Positions 38,255 through 52,959 of a stretch of DNA of 64,000 nucleotides are shown here, in pieces. Position 1 is the stretch's first letter. The number at the start of each line of letters is the position of its first letter. The notes under the pieces were generated by a model, which was not told the origin of the DNA, ran no database searches, and saw only the letters and a list, made by a program, of their open reading frames with translations. The position numbers and the translations under genes were made by a program. Origin of the DNA: Tubulanus polymorphus. Its lineage: Eukaryota; Animalia; Nemertea. Location: NCBI RefSeq assembly GCF_964204645.1, contig NC_134026.1, positions 829,950-893,949 of the forward strand. The letters are read 5' to 3'.

Positions 38255-41200
38255 ATGGAACCAGATACGGTAAATATGAAACTCAGATTCTCATTTTTTT
38301 AGATTCATATTTCTATATTCTGTGGCCGATTGATGTCCCAAACTTAAGTTGAAAGTACAAACGTCGTCATCAATCCTCGCTTGCCAGAGCCAGGGCAGAG
38401 GTGGTATTCTGTTGTTAATCTGTAGAATATGTTTGTAGGTTTCGACCGATGATCTGCTTTTTCACGGTAAGTTAAGAAGAAGCTCCTTCTTTTTTTCATG
38501 TTTCAATTGTTATCATTAACTTATTGTCTTTACCCCCAACAACAGCTGAAATTGCTTTTGTCACTATAAAGACTTAAGTTAATGTTAGAAATGATATGAT
38601 ATACATGCACTTTCAGTAACGCATTCGTTTAAGATTGTTTTTGTTGAAAGTTTCTGATAAATAAACATCGTTTGAAGGGTATAAATATTGAATTGATCTT
38701 CCTACAATTTTATATTCACTTTAATTGTTATTGTATTATGTGAATGTTAAAGGTGTTGAAACTGGTGACCTTAGTTCAACAAGTAAGTGTATTGAATTAC
38801 TAGAAGGGAGTGCAGGGTATTACTCTGGTGAATGATGGGTAATTTGGTTCTCTGATTTATTTGAATTGTTCTATCTCTTTCCATCCAGGGCCAGTTCCGC
38901 AGTTGGGTGGAAAACTAGTTCATGAATTTCCAAATCTTTTACCCAAGATTTATAAAAATTTGAACTGATAACATCTGTATGTAACTGGCTCTAGTGTATT
39001 ATATCATCTCTGACGGTTTATAGGTATCCGATGTATTATTGATATGATCGTGTTTTGGTGGTGGTTTTGAATGGAAACATGTTTCGAATGCTACTGAAAT
39101 CTTCCTAAGTCTTTGCAGCATCATTAAGCAGTTCCTAAATCAAGTGACACGCTAGCACTAGCTAATGGGGGGTGTTTAGATGCAATTCAATGTTGTGATT
39201 TGCTCTTAGACTGTTGTATGTTATTGGATGAATGTAAATTGTATTTCAGATTTTACGAGTGCGAGTCATGGAGTGCAAGTCGACGCCCCTCCACCTTATT
39301 CAAAATCAGAGTCGAAATCTGCAAGTTTAACCGCATTCCCCGAACCGTCGGATACCGATGAAGATGGCGACAAAACTGAGGTTAGAATCTAAGAAAGGAG
39401 AATGCAAGGGTTAATCAGTATCAAAAACGTTTGTTTCGCTTTGAAGATAAGCTTTTTGAGCTTCGAACATGAAAAGTTTCATTGATATTTTTAGCTCCTC
39501 GATGGTCAAAAGAAGCAGCCGTCATTTTGGACATTCGAATATTATCAAGCATTTTTCGATGTCAATTCGTACGACGTTTTGCGGCGAATTTCCGGTTCGA
39601 TGATTCCAAATCCTCGCAGAAATTATCTACGACTTCATATACGACCAACTCCAGACTTATACGGTAAATATCATTAAACACTGATCAAGGATTAGTCAGA
39701 GAATTTGAATTTTTGGTGTCTTGTTGTTCTTGAGAAACAGCCCTCACTGAGGTCATCTCATGATTTATGATCAAGAGGTTTTTGGTCAAGAGTCGGGATA
39801 ATAGAATTTTGGTTTCTCCGATCCATGAAAAACCCTGTTATTATTCAAATCAATGAATTCATTGCAAGATTTTATTTTTCCTCATCTGTTTGAGTTTGTG
39901 AATATTTTCTATTGAGTATTTTCTTGTTATTCTCGAAGGTCCGTTTTGGATTTGTACAACGTTGGTATTTACAACGGCTATTTGTGGTAATTTGGCGAAT
40001 TACATTAGTTGTGGCAGATACGATTACGAGTGGAGATACGACTTTCATAAAGGTGCGTATAAAATCCCATGATTTTTTACCTATCATTAAAGCCAGAAAT
40101 GCAGATTCGATAGAAAGTTAAAAATTAATTTTTCAGTGACATTCGCTGCTGCTGCTATTTTTGCGTATTGGTGGTTGATACCGACCGGTATATTTGGTTT
40201 GTTGTGGTGGCGAGGGAACCCTGCTGGTTATACATACATGGAAATCATCTGCGTTTACGGCTATTCATTGGCTATCTATATCCCAGTATCGGTAAGTATT
40301 CTATCATTTCAGAAAACATCATTTCTCGTGATTGTTTCGTTAAGTATTTGATATATATCAACTATACATTGTAGATATTGTGGGTGATACCTTACGCATG
40401 GTTACAATGGTTGCTGGTACTGATTGGTATGATCCTGTCGGGTAAGAATGACTTTCATATTGAGTTATTCTCATCACCGATCTTAACCCGACTCATCCAT
40501 TTTACTCATCTATTCATAGGTAGCGTTTTATTAATGACATTCTGGCCAGCAGTTCGTGAAGATGTCAATAAAAGGGTTCGTTCAGATTTCTATAAATGAA
40601 TCATTCTTTCTTTAATGTATTTTTGAAATGATAATGCATGTCTTGTGAATCTATATACAGGTGGCCTGGATAACGATGGCTGTGATATTTATCTTTCACG
40701 GAATGTTAGCAGCTGGATTTGTTGTAAGTTGATAACTTGCTTACTTTCTTCTTGTCCCTACTCGACTGTGGAGACATTGCTTGTTTCCTCTAAGCTCCCA
40801 GATTTGGTCTTTACATGATGGCGACATGCTGTGGTTCTCTGTTCTACTAAATAATATCTCATCAAAAAATATTTTGATGTAATTTTGGAAAATATGAAAC
40901 ATGAACAGCGTGAATTCTTCTATTTTCAGTTGTATTTCTTTCACGTTCCGGAGAGTACTTGTTCAGCCCTAGTGAAACCGACAATGTCGCCTCTAAAACC
41001 ATCGCTTTCACCAAACTCCTCGGTATCGAAACACAGCGTATTGAAATCTGAGAAATTGAGTCGACCACTAAACAGTCTCCCGAAGGTGCAAGGAGATGCT
41101 GCCCGCGTAAACGTTAAATCATCCATTCCGGATAACGGCAAAAATGTGGATGATGCAAAAAAAACGTCAGAGAAACTGAATGAGAAAGTTAAAACTAAGG

Positions 41201-41298
41201 AGCAGATGAACAAAAATTCGAATCCTTCATCGAAGTCGAAAAGAAGTGATAAAACATTGATAAGAAAGAAACGAGAAGCGATTAGAACGAATCAGTAG
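38255..41298 (+). CDS. YIPF1: Yip1 domain family member 1/2 (Golgi membrane protein), multi-exon
   Basis: Small exons MEPDT and [63 protein letters not shown]; LYFFH followed by a long basic tail. Confidence 0.92.
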
Positions 41299-43135
41299 TC
41301 AATGGTTACGTTTATAGTTAGAGTATTTATGGATGTATATTTTTGTGTTGGTCTCGAGATGTTTCTACTTGGTTTGTTAATGTTATTCATCTTGGAATAA
41401 GTGTAAGATGTTTAAGAAAAAGAAATCAATTTAACAAACAGAATACTAAACTATTCTGTATTGTAAATTATCAATACCTGTATTTATTTGTCTCTTAGTT
41501 TCAAGATAACTATTTGTAAATTTTGTAAATAACTTTATGAAGAATATTATCGTGGTAAAAAATTGAGAATCATTTGGAAGCGGTTTCTATCGATATATTA
41601 TCAGGTGGTGAATGTGCTTATCTTTTCGAGTCAATAAAACTTTTCTATCTAATTAAATGTTTTATTCAATTATTCAACGCGCTGAGAATTAAGACAATCT
41701 CTAAGTGACGTCATTCGAATGCCATCTTATTATTTCAAGGACGTACTGATCGGCGTGTATTGTGACACAATGATCTGAGGATCTGTTTCAAGATCATGTC
41801 GCCCGTAATCACTGCATGGAAATGCGTCTCCAGAGCAGTGAATCAGGAGGCAGAAACTGCAGCCACTAGAATTAGAATTCTGGCGTCACACTACGTTCGC
41901 TTGCGCCATATTGGCCATCACTAATTTCTCGCCCATTATCGCTTGACGGCCAATATGACAGGTTGAAAAATACCGGTATCTATACACGACAAAATATCTC
42001 GATGTACTATACGAATCTGACTGAACTCGCATCACGTCTTTCCGCAATGGAGCTTTAGGGAGTCGTCCCACAAATCAAAAACAATATATCAAACATTTAC
42101 ATAAAAAAGGTTGTCTCAATGTATCCCCAAACCGACATGTGCGGGATATGATGAGATACGGGGAATTTATCAAGTTATCCAAACATTTTCGCTTAAAAGT
42201 GGATTTGAAATCCATTACGCAGAATGTACCTATAGATGAACTTGTCATGACGCTGGATAAAATCATAAAAGTACATTTATTTGTTTAATCCCATCCGAAT
42301 GTATAGAGGGACGTTTCCATCTGTTGAAACTCGATTCAATTCCCTAAAATCAGGAATCCATGTTGCCATTAGGTAAAAATGTCAGGAGGAAATATGCAGA
42401 TGATTAGGCAAACATGGGAATTTATCAAAATTGGACAGGATATTCTTATTTACACTAGATTTCACATATTTAATGCACAGTTTAGCATATTTCTAAAATT
42501 GTTGAAAGTATATCGGACAGGCAATTAAAACAACATGTATTAACATTGGACATGATTAGTCTTATTTAGACTAGATGACAGATATTCACATCATATTTCT
42601 AGAGCAACGAATTTCCTGTTGTAATTTATAATATCATATCAACAATGAATGAATGAGGATTTTGACGCGCTAGTCTGTTATGAATAATCGAAGTCAAAAG
42701 TTTCGTTGAAAACATTAGATTAGAAATTCTGTTTTTGTTGAAATGATTTACCTCTGGCATTTTCATTCCCCTGACATTTTCATACCCCTGGCATTTGTTT
42801 ACCTCTGACCGGGTACAATCAGTGATTACAGATGGACGATATAAATCGCCATAGATCCAGTTCCACAGTCAAGTAAGATTTAACTGTTTGAATTTTGTTC
42901 AGTTCTACCATCTCTGTAATTGAATCAGCTGCTTATAGAATTTTTTATCCATTTAAAAATGAGTACCCGTATAATATTTCTAATTTCCCATACATACATT
43001 ATTGAAATTTTGGGAATCCTAAATTTATTATATATGTAGTATATCGTTCTTCAAAAGTCCAAATTACTGTAATCATTCTGATGACTTCTGTTAAAAGGAC
43101 ATTCGGTGATTTAGCAGCAAAAACATAATTCGTAA

Positions 43136-46100
43136 TCAATAGACTGTATTTGATTCGATGACATCTTCAGATCGTCCGCAATCGTTATCTCTCAAAAATA
43201 TCATCTCGTCGTCCTGACACTGTTCATATCCAGTTTCGTCTGCCATGTATTTATGATCAGCGGGGACGCGACGTGTGACAGTCGCACCGCTGCTGTATAA
43301 CGATGTCAGAGTCATGCGTCGGTCGTAAGTACCGCCATTATTCTCCGCGACGATTTTCCCACGGCGGCACAAAACAGCGCGAAACGCGCAGCGGAATTTC
43401 GTCGAGTGAGCGTTATAAACTAAGAAATTACAAGCCGAATTCAAGTAATACATGACTCGGGCAAATAGAATCAAATAGAACATTCTGTACACGCCGACTT
43501 CAACTTTGATACGTGTCATGGGCGTGTACATCAAATACATGGTCAGAATGCGAAATGGTAACATACAAGTAATAAAAAGTATGATTATCGAAACTAACAT
43601 AAAAACAACCTGTCGTCGGTTACGGAGTCCAGTGTTACGGCTTGCGTTAGTTTGTAATAAGTGCGAACTATCTGTAAAAAGTTTGCTTATGATGTTCGCG
43701 TACAGAACGGCTAACATAATCATTGGAATGAAAAAAAAGAAAACGATATTCGCAGTAAAAAACGCCCGCGAACTGATCGAAGTCGCCATCGTCCGGCAGA
43801 CGTAAACCGTTTTTCCTGTCTCTGTGAATACAGCCTTTCCAAGACGGGTAGTTAATATGAAAGGGGCTGATACGATAATCGCAAAAAGCCAAACTGCGGT
43901 GAGAACTTTGAGAGATCGACTGATTGTACAGTTGTATTGAGCCTGGAATGGGTGACAAATGGCGTAGTAACGTTCGAAACTGATCGCCAAAATGGTAAGC
44001 ACCGACGCCAGCGCGGATAGATTTTCCAGATACGGTACCAATTTACCTGAAACAATAGAAACATGGTTATAGCATGAAAGAAAACTAACATCAATCGTAG
44101 CAAACAGCGTAATTCTAGCCTGCAACGCAACACCACAACCAAACAATATATAGAATCTGTTATTGGATTACTCAGATACGTCAATCTCAAAATGAAAGAA
44201 GATGTCCCTGAATGTATTCCCTGTCAAATGTTCTCTACACATACGAAACATTTGACTCGACTAAAGATCTTTGATTTTTTTTTGATTGAGTCTGCGTAAT
44301 ACATGTAATAAACATTGATGGCTTGGACTTCCAATAACAGATACGTCGAGTGACAAGTAAATTTCTACCCCAAAAAATCCTAAGTGACAAGTAAATAATT
44401 CAATTAAGGTGAATATAACAAACAGTGGTGGTGTTTTCTCGATTAATGTACAATATTATTAGTATTGTGGTATTGGTATGCGAATTATTTATTATTCATT
44501 ATTGATTATTAATTATTTCGTGCAAATCCCAAATTTCACTCGAGCACCCTCTCAAGGCCGTTGGCGATGAGGGCTATGCCGCTACGCAGCTTCCTTATAC
44601 AGTAAACTTTCATATGGTCCCTTTTTACTTCTCTGGACCCGACCCACCCCTACAAAAACTCCTTGATCCGCCCCTGGTCCGCCCATATCTGCCTCGCTAG
44701 TTGTCCACCTTTTAGAGGTTATACATTATTGTCTTACTGCAACTTACTTCTCTTAATTACGTTTGCCTAATTGCATATGTCTGGGAAATGTATTTGGCAA
44801 AGATCAGCTAGAATTCAAGCGGGAAAGTTACGCCAAATGTTAACATACCATAAGTCTGTACTTCAGGTATATATACATATTCATAATCATAAATATGCAT
44901 TCACGATATATCCGCATTTCGTTTGCTTTATTTCCCTTATCGTATACTTAATCTACTCCAGTCACCACATTGATACACATCTATGCCATCATTTATATAT
45001 TATGCGCATTATGCGTTGAATTATGTGAGTAAATGTCTCAAAATCGCTCTGCTAAAATATTATCTATACTTTGTTTTGTTTTCGGAATTAGATCTGTCCA
45101 ACTAAATGGTAACAGGCATTTTCGACTAATTAATTTCTCACGTAATCAGTAATCACCTTGCAGAGTCGCCACGTACGTAAGTCAACGACTCTGCAACTGG
45201 TCCCAGAAATTCACACGTGGGAAGATACTCTAAAAGCTGTAACTGAACTGAATCGTTTATGGCACTCAAGAATAACGAATTACCCGGAAATTGGAGATTT
45301 ATCACGTAAACGTACAACATTGCCATTCTAAGAAATAGGAATCGAATCAGGTTATTCTAACGTAGCATTGTTGTTTTCGAGGAATCCGTGGCTCCGAAAA
45401 TTATGCGAATAACGATATTTTAAATCGGTCACAAAGAATCTATATTAATTTGTTTCATTGATAAAAAAGCAACCACCGATTGAACTGAAGTAAAGTCCGA
45501 GTTTTATCTTGGGCGACCGAATATAGTAGATACAATCGCATGCTTGATTATCCATGACACGAAAGGAAATCCTCTTCCCAATATTTCGGGTGAAGCTCAG
45601 GCGATTCTGTATACGTTTAATTAGAGGAATGTACTCGAACCACATCCCTGATTTAATCAATTCATTGAGTATAATCAAACACGCTAGATTTTGGTTCGTT
45701 TTCGTGCAGTTAGGTTATGACAGTTAAGATTGGAGTAGATGTTTGTTGAATACAGGTATAAATGCGTGATTATATCTGAGTAAAAATTTAGAAGTATATT
45801 CACTATTCATATCAATATGTCATGAATATCATACTTACACATCGCTTCACCGAGATACCAAACATCCTTGGCGTGGAACTCTAACAAAGCAGAAGGCATA
45901 CAAATAATTAGCACAAACAGATCGGCAACGCTCAAATTCAATATGAAATAATTCGTTGAATTCCGCATTTCCTTATTACGAACAATAACCAGTATAACAA
46001 GAATATTTCCAACAAGTCCGAATAGAAATATCATTAGATACGATACGGTAACTGTTATAGTAACATTTGTAGATATTTGAAAAACTCCCTCATTGCCACC

Positions 46101-46172
46101 AGAAAAATCACCGGAATAATTACTCAACGTTTCGTTACCCATTAGCAATAACGGTAAAACATCTTCTTCCAT
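43136..46172 (-). CDS. Class A neuropeptide GPCR, ecdysis-triggering hormone receptor-like (2 coding exons)
   Basis: Exons 45839-46172 and 43136-44046; GN, MRNSTNYFILNLSVADL, VWYLGEAMCKLVP, ASVLTILAISFERYYAIC, CMLPFR, YLNSACNFLVYN; these motifs closely resemble insect ETHR. Confidence 0.88.
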
Positions 46173-47169
46173 TTTTGTCTAAATCCGTATAACTAATTGT
46201 AACAGTTTAGACGGAACGCTGGTCACGAGGTTTTGGTCATAAAAGATCGAAGAGCTATCGACGTTAATGAATTCGGACACGAGCGGTATCTCATCCGTCA
46301 GCGTTCACTTCAGTTCGTCTAAGAAGGAAATTTACTTAACAGCTGACGAGAGGTAAATCGGTGTTGCGAGGTTCAGTCAATTTAATTTCAAAGCCGATCC
46401 TTGCAAACGCGCAACGATCATCATTAGTAAACCGCCGAGATACAGAAATCAGCGAGTTACATTAATATGCAGACTTGTCAACCCGTCCGATCACCAATTA
46501 ACACCCGGGTTCGCATGTCTGACGATCTGTGTAGATTCCATCAGATTTATTAATTCCATCGATACAGTTGTGGCCGAAATAATTTGACCTTGTTTATGCA
46601 TTCGGAGACGGATTCTTACAGTTTCGATCTACGCAGCGTTGGTTCGTTACAAAGGGACTCATCGGGACAACCATTACAACGGGCACAGCAAATAGAAAAT
46701 ATTTTCAAAAAAAGGTTTTCAAATAGAAAAGGTTATTAAGAACGACTTCTTAAAACTATGAATAAAACTATGAAACCGCATGTGCGGGCTGTAAGGAAGT
46801 ATGGATAAGTTTGCTCATTGGTTCTTTTTAACTTGGTTCTCTTGACCTCGCTGGACATTATTATAATTCAAATATGCACAAATTTAGTTACGTAACGTTC
46901 CTTTTTCTTTTTTTTGATGGTTTACATACATTGGAATAATGAGTCTAGAATTAGTGAAACCCTGATTATGGTGGTTATATCTACAGAGAATAAATAAATG
47001 CCGTTTCGAGTAATTGTTCTGTCTGATATGAAGTATCAAATGCGCACTACTAATAAACGGGTGAACATTCCACCGGTGCTGTCAGAATGTGAAGTGTGAC
47101 AGTTACATGTAGAACCTCTGTCTAGTGCAGGACACGTCCGAAATCAGTCGCTCCGTTGAAGAATCCAAC

Positions 47170-50143
47170 ATGTCTACAGAACACAGTGAGGAATCTGCTA
47201 CTGAGACTAAAAGCGATGAAGTTAGGTCTGATAATGACGCAAATTTTGAACAAATGTTGGATACTCTAGGTCACTTTGGAAGATTTCAAATTCGTATTTT
47301 CTCTTTGTACACGTTAATGGATTTGGCTTCAGGGCCGGGTTTGATGTACTTCATATTCGCAAATTTTACCCCTCCGTGGAGTTGTCTGGAGTTGACGGCT
47401 AATACTACATTGCCGAATAACAGCCAACAACTGTGTTCTTACAACGGATCCAAATGTATACGATTTGAATATGATTTAGACGAATCACTTTCTTCAATTA
47501 TCACCGAGGTAACTTAATAAAATAAGTGATGTTTACTTTATAAAGTGATTTCAAATACACATACGATATCATTTTATGCAAGTTCAAAACTTTATCATGT
47601 TTATTTCAGTTTAATCTAGTATGTGATTCTGCATATCTTCCGCAACTTACGCTCAGTATTAAGATGGTTGGACTACTATTCGGTGCGCTAAGTTGTGGGT
47701 ATCTAAGTGATTGGCTTGGTAGGAAGAAAGTGGTGCTAGTATTCAGTACGATGATGATGATTTCTCAAATTGTCACCGGATTTTCTACAAGCTGGCTCAC
47801 ATTTACAATCATGAGAGTAATTACTGGATTCTTCGTCGGTAAGGTTTTTACCGTATCGTGACTGGGATAAGGGCAGCCAAGGGTCACGCTTCAACATAGC
47901 AATATGTACATATAACATCCTCATCATAGATTCAGAACATTTTGTATTAAGGTTATCATGTCAAACCTCGTGATGATTACCACTAAACAGCGCTAAGTTC
48001 AATTTTATAAAGTTCTTGATAGATTGATTAAATAATTACACATAATAGTTTTACGATATGTTATTAACTGAACTACGAATTGGAAACATCCTGAGCCTAC
48101 ATGCAGCATCTTGGAGTGGACAATAGTCAAAACCCAATCTATATCATCATGACGTATATATTTATGATAAAAGTGCAGAAATGAAAAATGTTTTAATCTG
48201 TGTTTCCATTAGGTGGTTCATTGAACGTATGCTTTTCGCTACCTATCGAATTTGTCGGACCGAAATGGCGGTCATTCTGCTCGTGTATTACCCTTTACGA
48301 ACTTGGAACGGCTCTAATGACCTTATTTGCATATCTGACACGTGATTGGAGACAAGTGGCATTCATCACTGGCTCTCTAACATTACCGTTGATTCTTGCG
48401 ATTCTATGGTAATTCATCATAACATTAGTATTTCTATTACCTTCGCTTTATTCATAATTCAATCAAGATTAAGTTATGTAGCTGGATGTAGCTCTATTTA
48501 CGCATTGAATTATTGTATAAATTCGTTCATTCTGGTAAAACCTTATATCGAATCTACAAAGCCAACCATTTGCATTTCTAACTTCAAAATGTAACGTAAT
48601 GTACGTATAGCATTTCATCATCGTCTTGAAATTATAGGTTGACTCCGGAAAGTGTGCGATGGTTGGCAATGAAAGGTCGTTTTGACGAGGCAGACGATAT
48701 CATAAGGTGGATGGCACGTGTGAATAAATCTCCAGTTCCAGATTTGAATATACTTCGACATATGGCAGCTAAGAATCTCAGGGAGCAAGAAAAAACCCGA
48801 AGATACGGCTATTTTGATCTGTTTAAAACAAAAACGGCTGCAATTCGTACTTGTGTGATAATGTATTGCTGGCAAGTTATCATCCATTATAGAGACCATT
48901 ATTTTGCACGGATCAGTCAAATTTGGCTCGTGCCTAGAGAGCACGTTCACGACCATTCTCTCGATACTAAACAATGCTTAAACAAAGCCAAGTTAGCCAC
49001 TTTTGGAGCCAGTTTTAATAATTTGACCCGTGCTAAAATTTGGCTCGGGCCTGGTCCGACGTTTTTGGTCGGGCCAAAAACGCTAGCGTGATCGCAGCTA
49101 ATGATGATTATATCATGGAATCCATTATTTTTAGTTCATTCATTCTGCGATTAATCGTGTTTTTGTTACTTTCTACAGGTTTACCTGTTCTGTTATATTT
49201 TATGGAATAAGTACAATGTACAGCACCTTCAGCGGAACAGTTTTTGTCAATGCCGTAGCTTCAGCATTTGCCACACTTGGCGCAAGTTGGGTTGTAATTC
49301 TATTAGCAAACAGGTTCTTCCCTATTTCACCTTATTGAATACATGTTCATAAAAATGACAATTATACTGATCATCAGCTGACACATGTCTCAATATAAAT
49401 CTAAACATGATTCGATGATGGGATTCTCATTTTTATTATAGATTTGGCAGACGACGTTCGTTTTTCGGCTACATGGTATTACCCTGTGCTTCAATGGTAA
49501 TTGTCGTTATAATAGGTATTCTGAACAAGAAGGATCAACTGGGCGTCGTTATGACAGCTTTCGTTTTGATTGGCAAAGTTGGGATCTTTTCCTGTTGGGA
49601 TTTGGCGTCTATTTACACAGTAGAGATCTTTCCTACCGTCGTAAGGTAAATGCTCACCAGATTCTGAAATATCTGCGAACGATAAACTTGTGTAATCTAC
49701 CGATGTAGTAATCAAATGTAACTTTAATTCGTGTACTAAATGCCAACCGGCTTATTTATGATGCGTATGTTTTTTAAAAATATTTTCTTTAGAAATCTTG
49801 GTGTTGGTTCATCCAACATGGCATCTAGAATCGGAGGAATCATAGCTCCCCAGATAGCTTTGTTGGTACGCAAGAGTAATGACATATGCGTGTTAATTGA
49901 TGATTGAATCCGTAGTGTATTCCATGTTCAGTTTTGTTTTTATTTCAGGGTGGAGTCAGTCACTGGATCGTACCGTATGTCATATACGCGATACTGATCA
50001 TCACATCAGTACTATCTGTTTACTTCTTCCTGCCAGAGACAAACAATCAACCATTAACCGACGCTGCTTCATCAGAACCGCGCCGCAAACAGAACGCAAC
50101 CATTCACAACACTGCAATTCCGCTAATTCAAAAGAAATGTTAA
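47170..50143 (+). CDS. SLC22 organic cation transporter-like MFS protein, multi-exon
   Basis: FEQMLDTLGHFGRFQ; SIITEFNLVC; GYLSDWLGRK; EFVGPKWRS; PESVRWL; IYTVEIFPTVVRNLG; LPET. Confidence 0.93.
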
Positions 50144-50701
50144 TCAAAGTCGATGAAGATTATTATACCATTTCAAATAAAATCTTTATCAGGGTATAAT
50201 CGAAGCTAAAAATTCATAGTTATCCGAGGTTTGAGGTAGTGTCCTGATTTTATGGAGCCACTTGAGCCATAGATGATGCTACGACTAAATCATACACTAA
50301 TGGCTCACAGCCAGGTCAGCGTCCTTTGCTAATTGCTAATGCTTTTTTGTTCTGTTCTTCAGTTTTTCGGCGCGGCGAACATTTTTCGCCAGCCGAGCAA
50401 AGCCCCTGGGGGTTTGAGAATTTTAAGTGATGATGTATGCCAATAAAAGATAAAAGTCTCATTCAATGGGAGAAACAATATTCCCAATGGGTTTAATTAT
50501 TTGAAATTAGGCCTACGATCCGAGTCAAGTACAATTCCAGTGATGAATTGTCCCCGATTTTATTCGCTGTGTTCCGATAGATGGCGACCAGTGATGAACG
50601 TGCGGCCTCGGTATTCGATCCGGCCCGGCGAATATCTACGAGTTCACAGCGAACTGAGCGTGACTCGTGTCCGGCTCCACGTCCGTACGTAAAAATCCAA
50701 A

Positions 50702-52959
50702 ATGGCAGCTTCCATATGGCCCGAGATAAAAAATGTTCGCGATGAAAAACGCCACGAATTGGTTTTACACGGAGCTGATATATCGAGAAGGATCGATTCT
50801 GGTGGAGTAGACGATTCATTATTCCTATTGGAACACTTGAATTTACTCGAAATATTCAAAACAACTTTAAAAGAGCTGCCTCACAGCGTCGGTCAACTTT
50901 CAAATCTTACATCGCTTGTTCTACACAGCAATCAATTAACGGCCATACCCGACGAAATCGGGAAACTGACGAAGTTGAAATTATTGGATTTGTCATTTAA
51001 TCAAATTACATCTGTCCCGAAAGATTTGGATAAATTGGTTAATTTGGAGACGCTGAATTTGGGCTCGAATCGTCTGGAATTATTTCCGGATAATGTTTTC
51101 GAATCGATGGTGAATCTACACGTCGTCGACTTATCGCATAATCAGTTAACTGATTTACCCGAGGACGTGATGTCGCCGAATCTAGAACATTTGTTAAAAT
51201 TACAAGCGCAGGATAATGGAATCGAGCGGATTCCTGACGGAATCGCCAACTTGATCTCGTTGAAACATTTAGATTTATCGAACAACGCGTTGAAAGAAAT
51301 CCCGCCCGAAATGAGCGAATGTTCGAAACTGAAAGAACTGTTTTTGAAAGGAAACAAATTGAAAGATCGTCGACTGATGAAATTGATCGATCAATGTCAC
51401 GCTAAATCCGTCATGGATTATTTGGCGAATTTGCGTAAGAAGGAACTGGAGAAATCGGGCGGTAAGGGGGCCGGGAAAGGCGCCTCAAAAAAACAGAAGA
51501 AAAAGTCTAAAGTCGACGATGAAGTCGCGGATCTCGGGAAAAATGTGATGGAAGTTTTACATTTTCAAGATGATCGAAGTTTGAATGTGAAATGTAGTGA
51601 AAGCGTATTGGAAGTGAGACCGTATATTCTGTGCTGCGTCGTGAAGGGTCTCGATTTTCTTAAATCCAGTAATATGTTCAAGGGTTTCATATCACTACAG
51701 GTAAATGATGACCTCTAATTTACCACTATTATGAAAGACTTGCGGTCTCAGAGATTCATGAATCTAGTATCATGTTTTGACATCACTATATTTGAAAGTG
51801 TACTACAAAGAACTGTATCCAATGTTTGAGGGGGTTCAGGCTTCAGGCAGTAAATCTACATCCGGTGCACTTCAGATAACTGCAACTAGTAAAACTAAAG
51901 ATTATTCTGGTCAATTACAACATACATATTCGTGCACCTTACGCTGCTGTTCTTTAAACTGTTATAATTTTCCCTTTTTCAGAATAAATTACACGAAGAA
52001 ATATGTGATAAACGTCATACGGCTACAATCGCTACCCACGACTTAAAATCAGTAATGCATCCGCTGCTATACGACGCTAGGTCACCGGTGGAAGTTAAAG
52101 TAAGTTTGTCACCAATGTGTGAAAGTTTGATGAGAATTTTTGAGAAAAAATCAATGATTTTGTCCGTTTACAGTTGGTGCAGTTATTCAAACACAAGTCG
52201 ACGTCTGCTGCGAGATTGGTTACAAAACTACGCGAAGAGGCTGAGGCTGAAAGGAAGGCTAAAAAAAGAAACACATTTTCAGGGATTCACAAGTATGAAA
52301 ACTATAATTCTAAGCCGTCCTCCGCTCTTAACCAGTCGGAATATACCTGTAAATTGCGTATTATATATTTCAGGTATTTGAATTTGTTAAACGGTTTTAA
52401 AAAATTCCCGTTCATATTCGATGCAGAAGATGATGTGATCTCTTTTCCACCAATTACAAATTGTGAAAAAACTAAGGTAAGAGTATTTACAAGTCTTGGA
52501 AACTTTTTTTGGAGGCTAGTAGAGATTATTTTACAAGCAGTTTAGTGGTTTCTGCTTACATCGTATTAGAATGCCAACCATCTTTAACTAAACGCTTTGT
52601 TGTAATGAACTTTAGAAAATAAGAATAAATATATGTTGAAAATATCGCTTAATCCGAATTTTTATTTGAATATTTATTTTCAGATTACTCAGGAAACAAC
52701 TGATTTACTGATCGAAGTTACGAGTACAGTCAGTTTAGATACTTGTAAATCAGTAATGGAAGCTTTGCTCACCGGTATGTTAAACATGGGTTGCGGTTCG
52801 GTGAACAAGTCTGAAGAGACCGCAGATGAAGAAGGTGTACAGAAACTAACGATAGAACAAGTGAAGATACTAAACCCCGAAGGCCAGCTTAAAGTTGTCT
52901 ACCCATCGCGTACTGATTTATCTGGTGACCAGTATAGAGTAATAAGAGACTATGATTAG
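50702..52959 (+). CDS. LRRC47: Leucine-rich repeat-containing protein 47 (LRR plus PheRS-beta B3/4-like domain)
   Basis: WPEI..RHELVL, LRRs, GNKLKDRRLMKL, EVRPYILCCVV, KLHEEICDKRHTATIATHDL, VISFPPITNCEKTK, LKVVYPSRTDL; YY1-like CAAAATGGCAGC spans the ATG. Confidence 0.95.
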
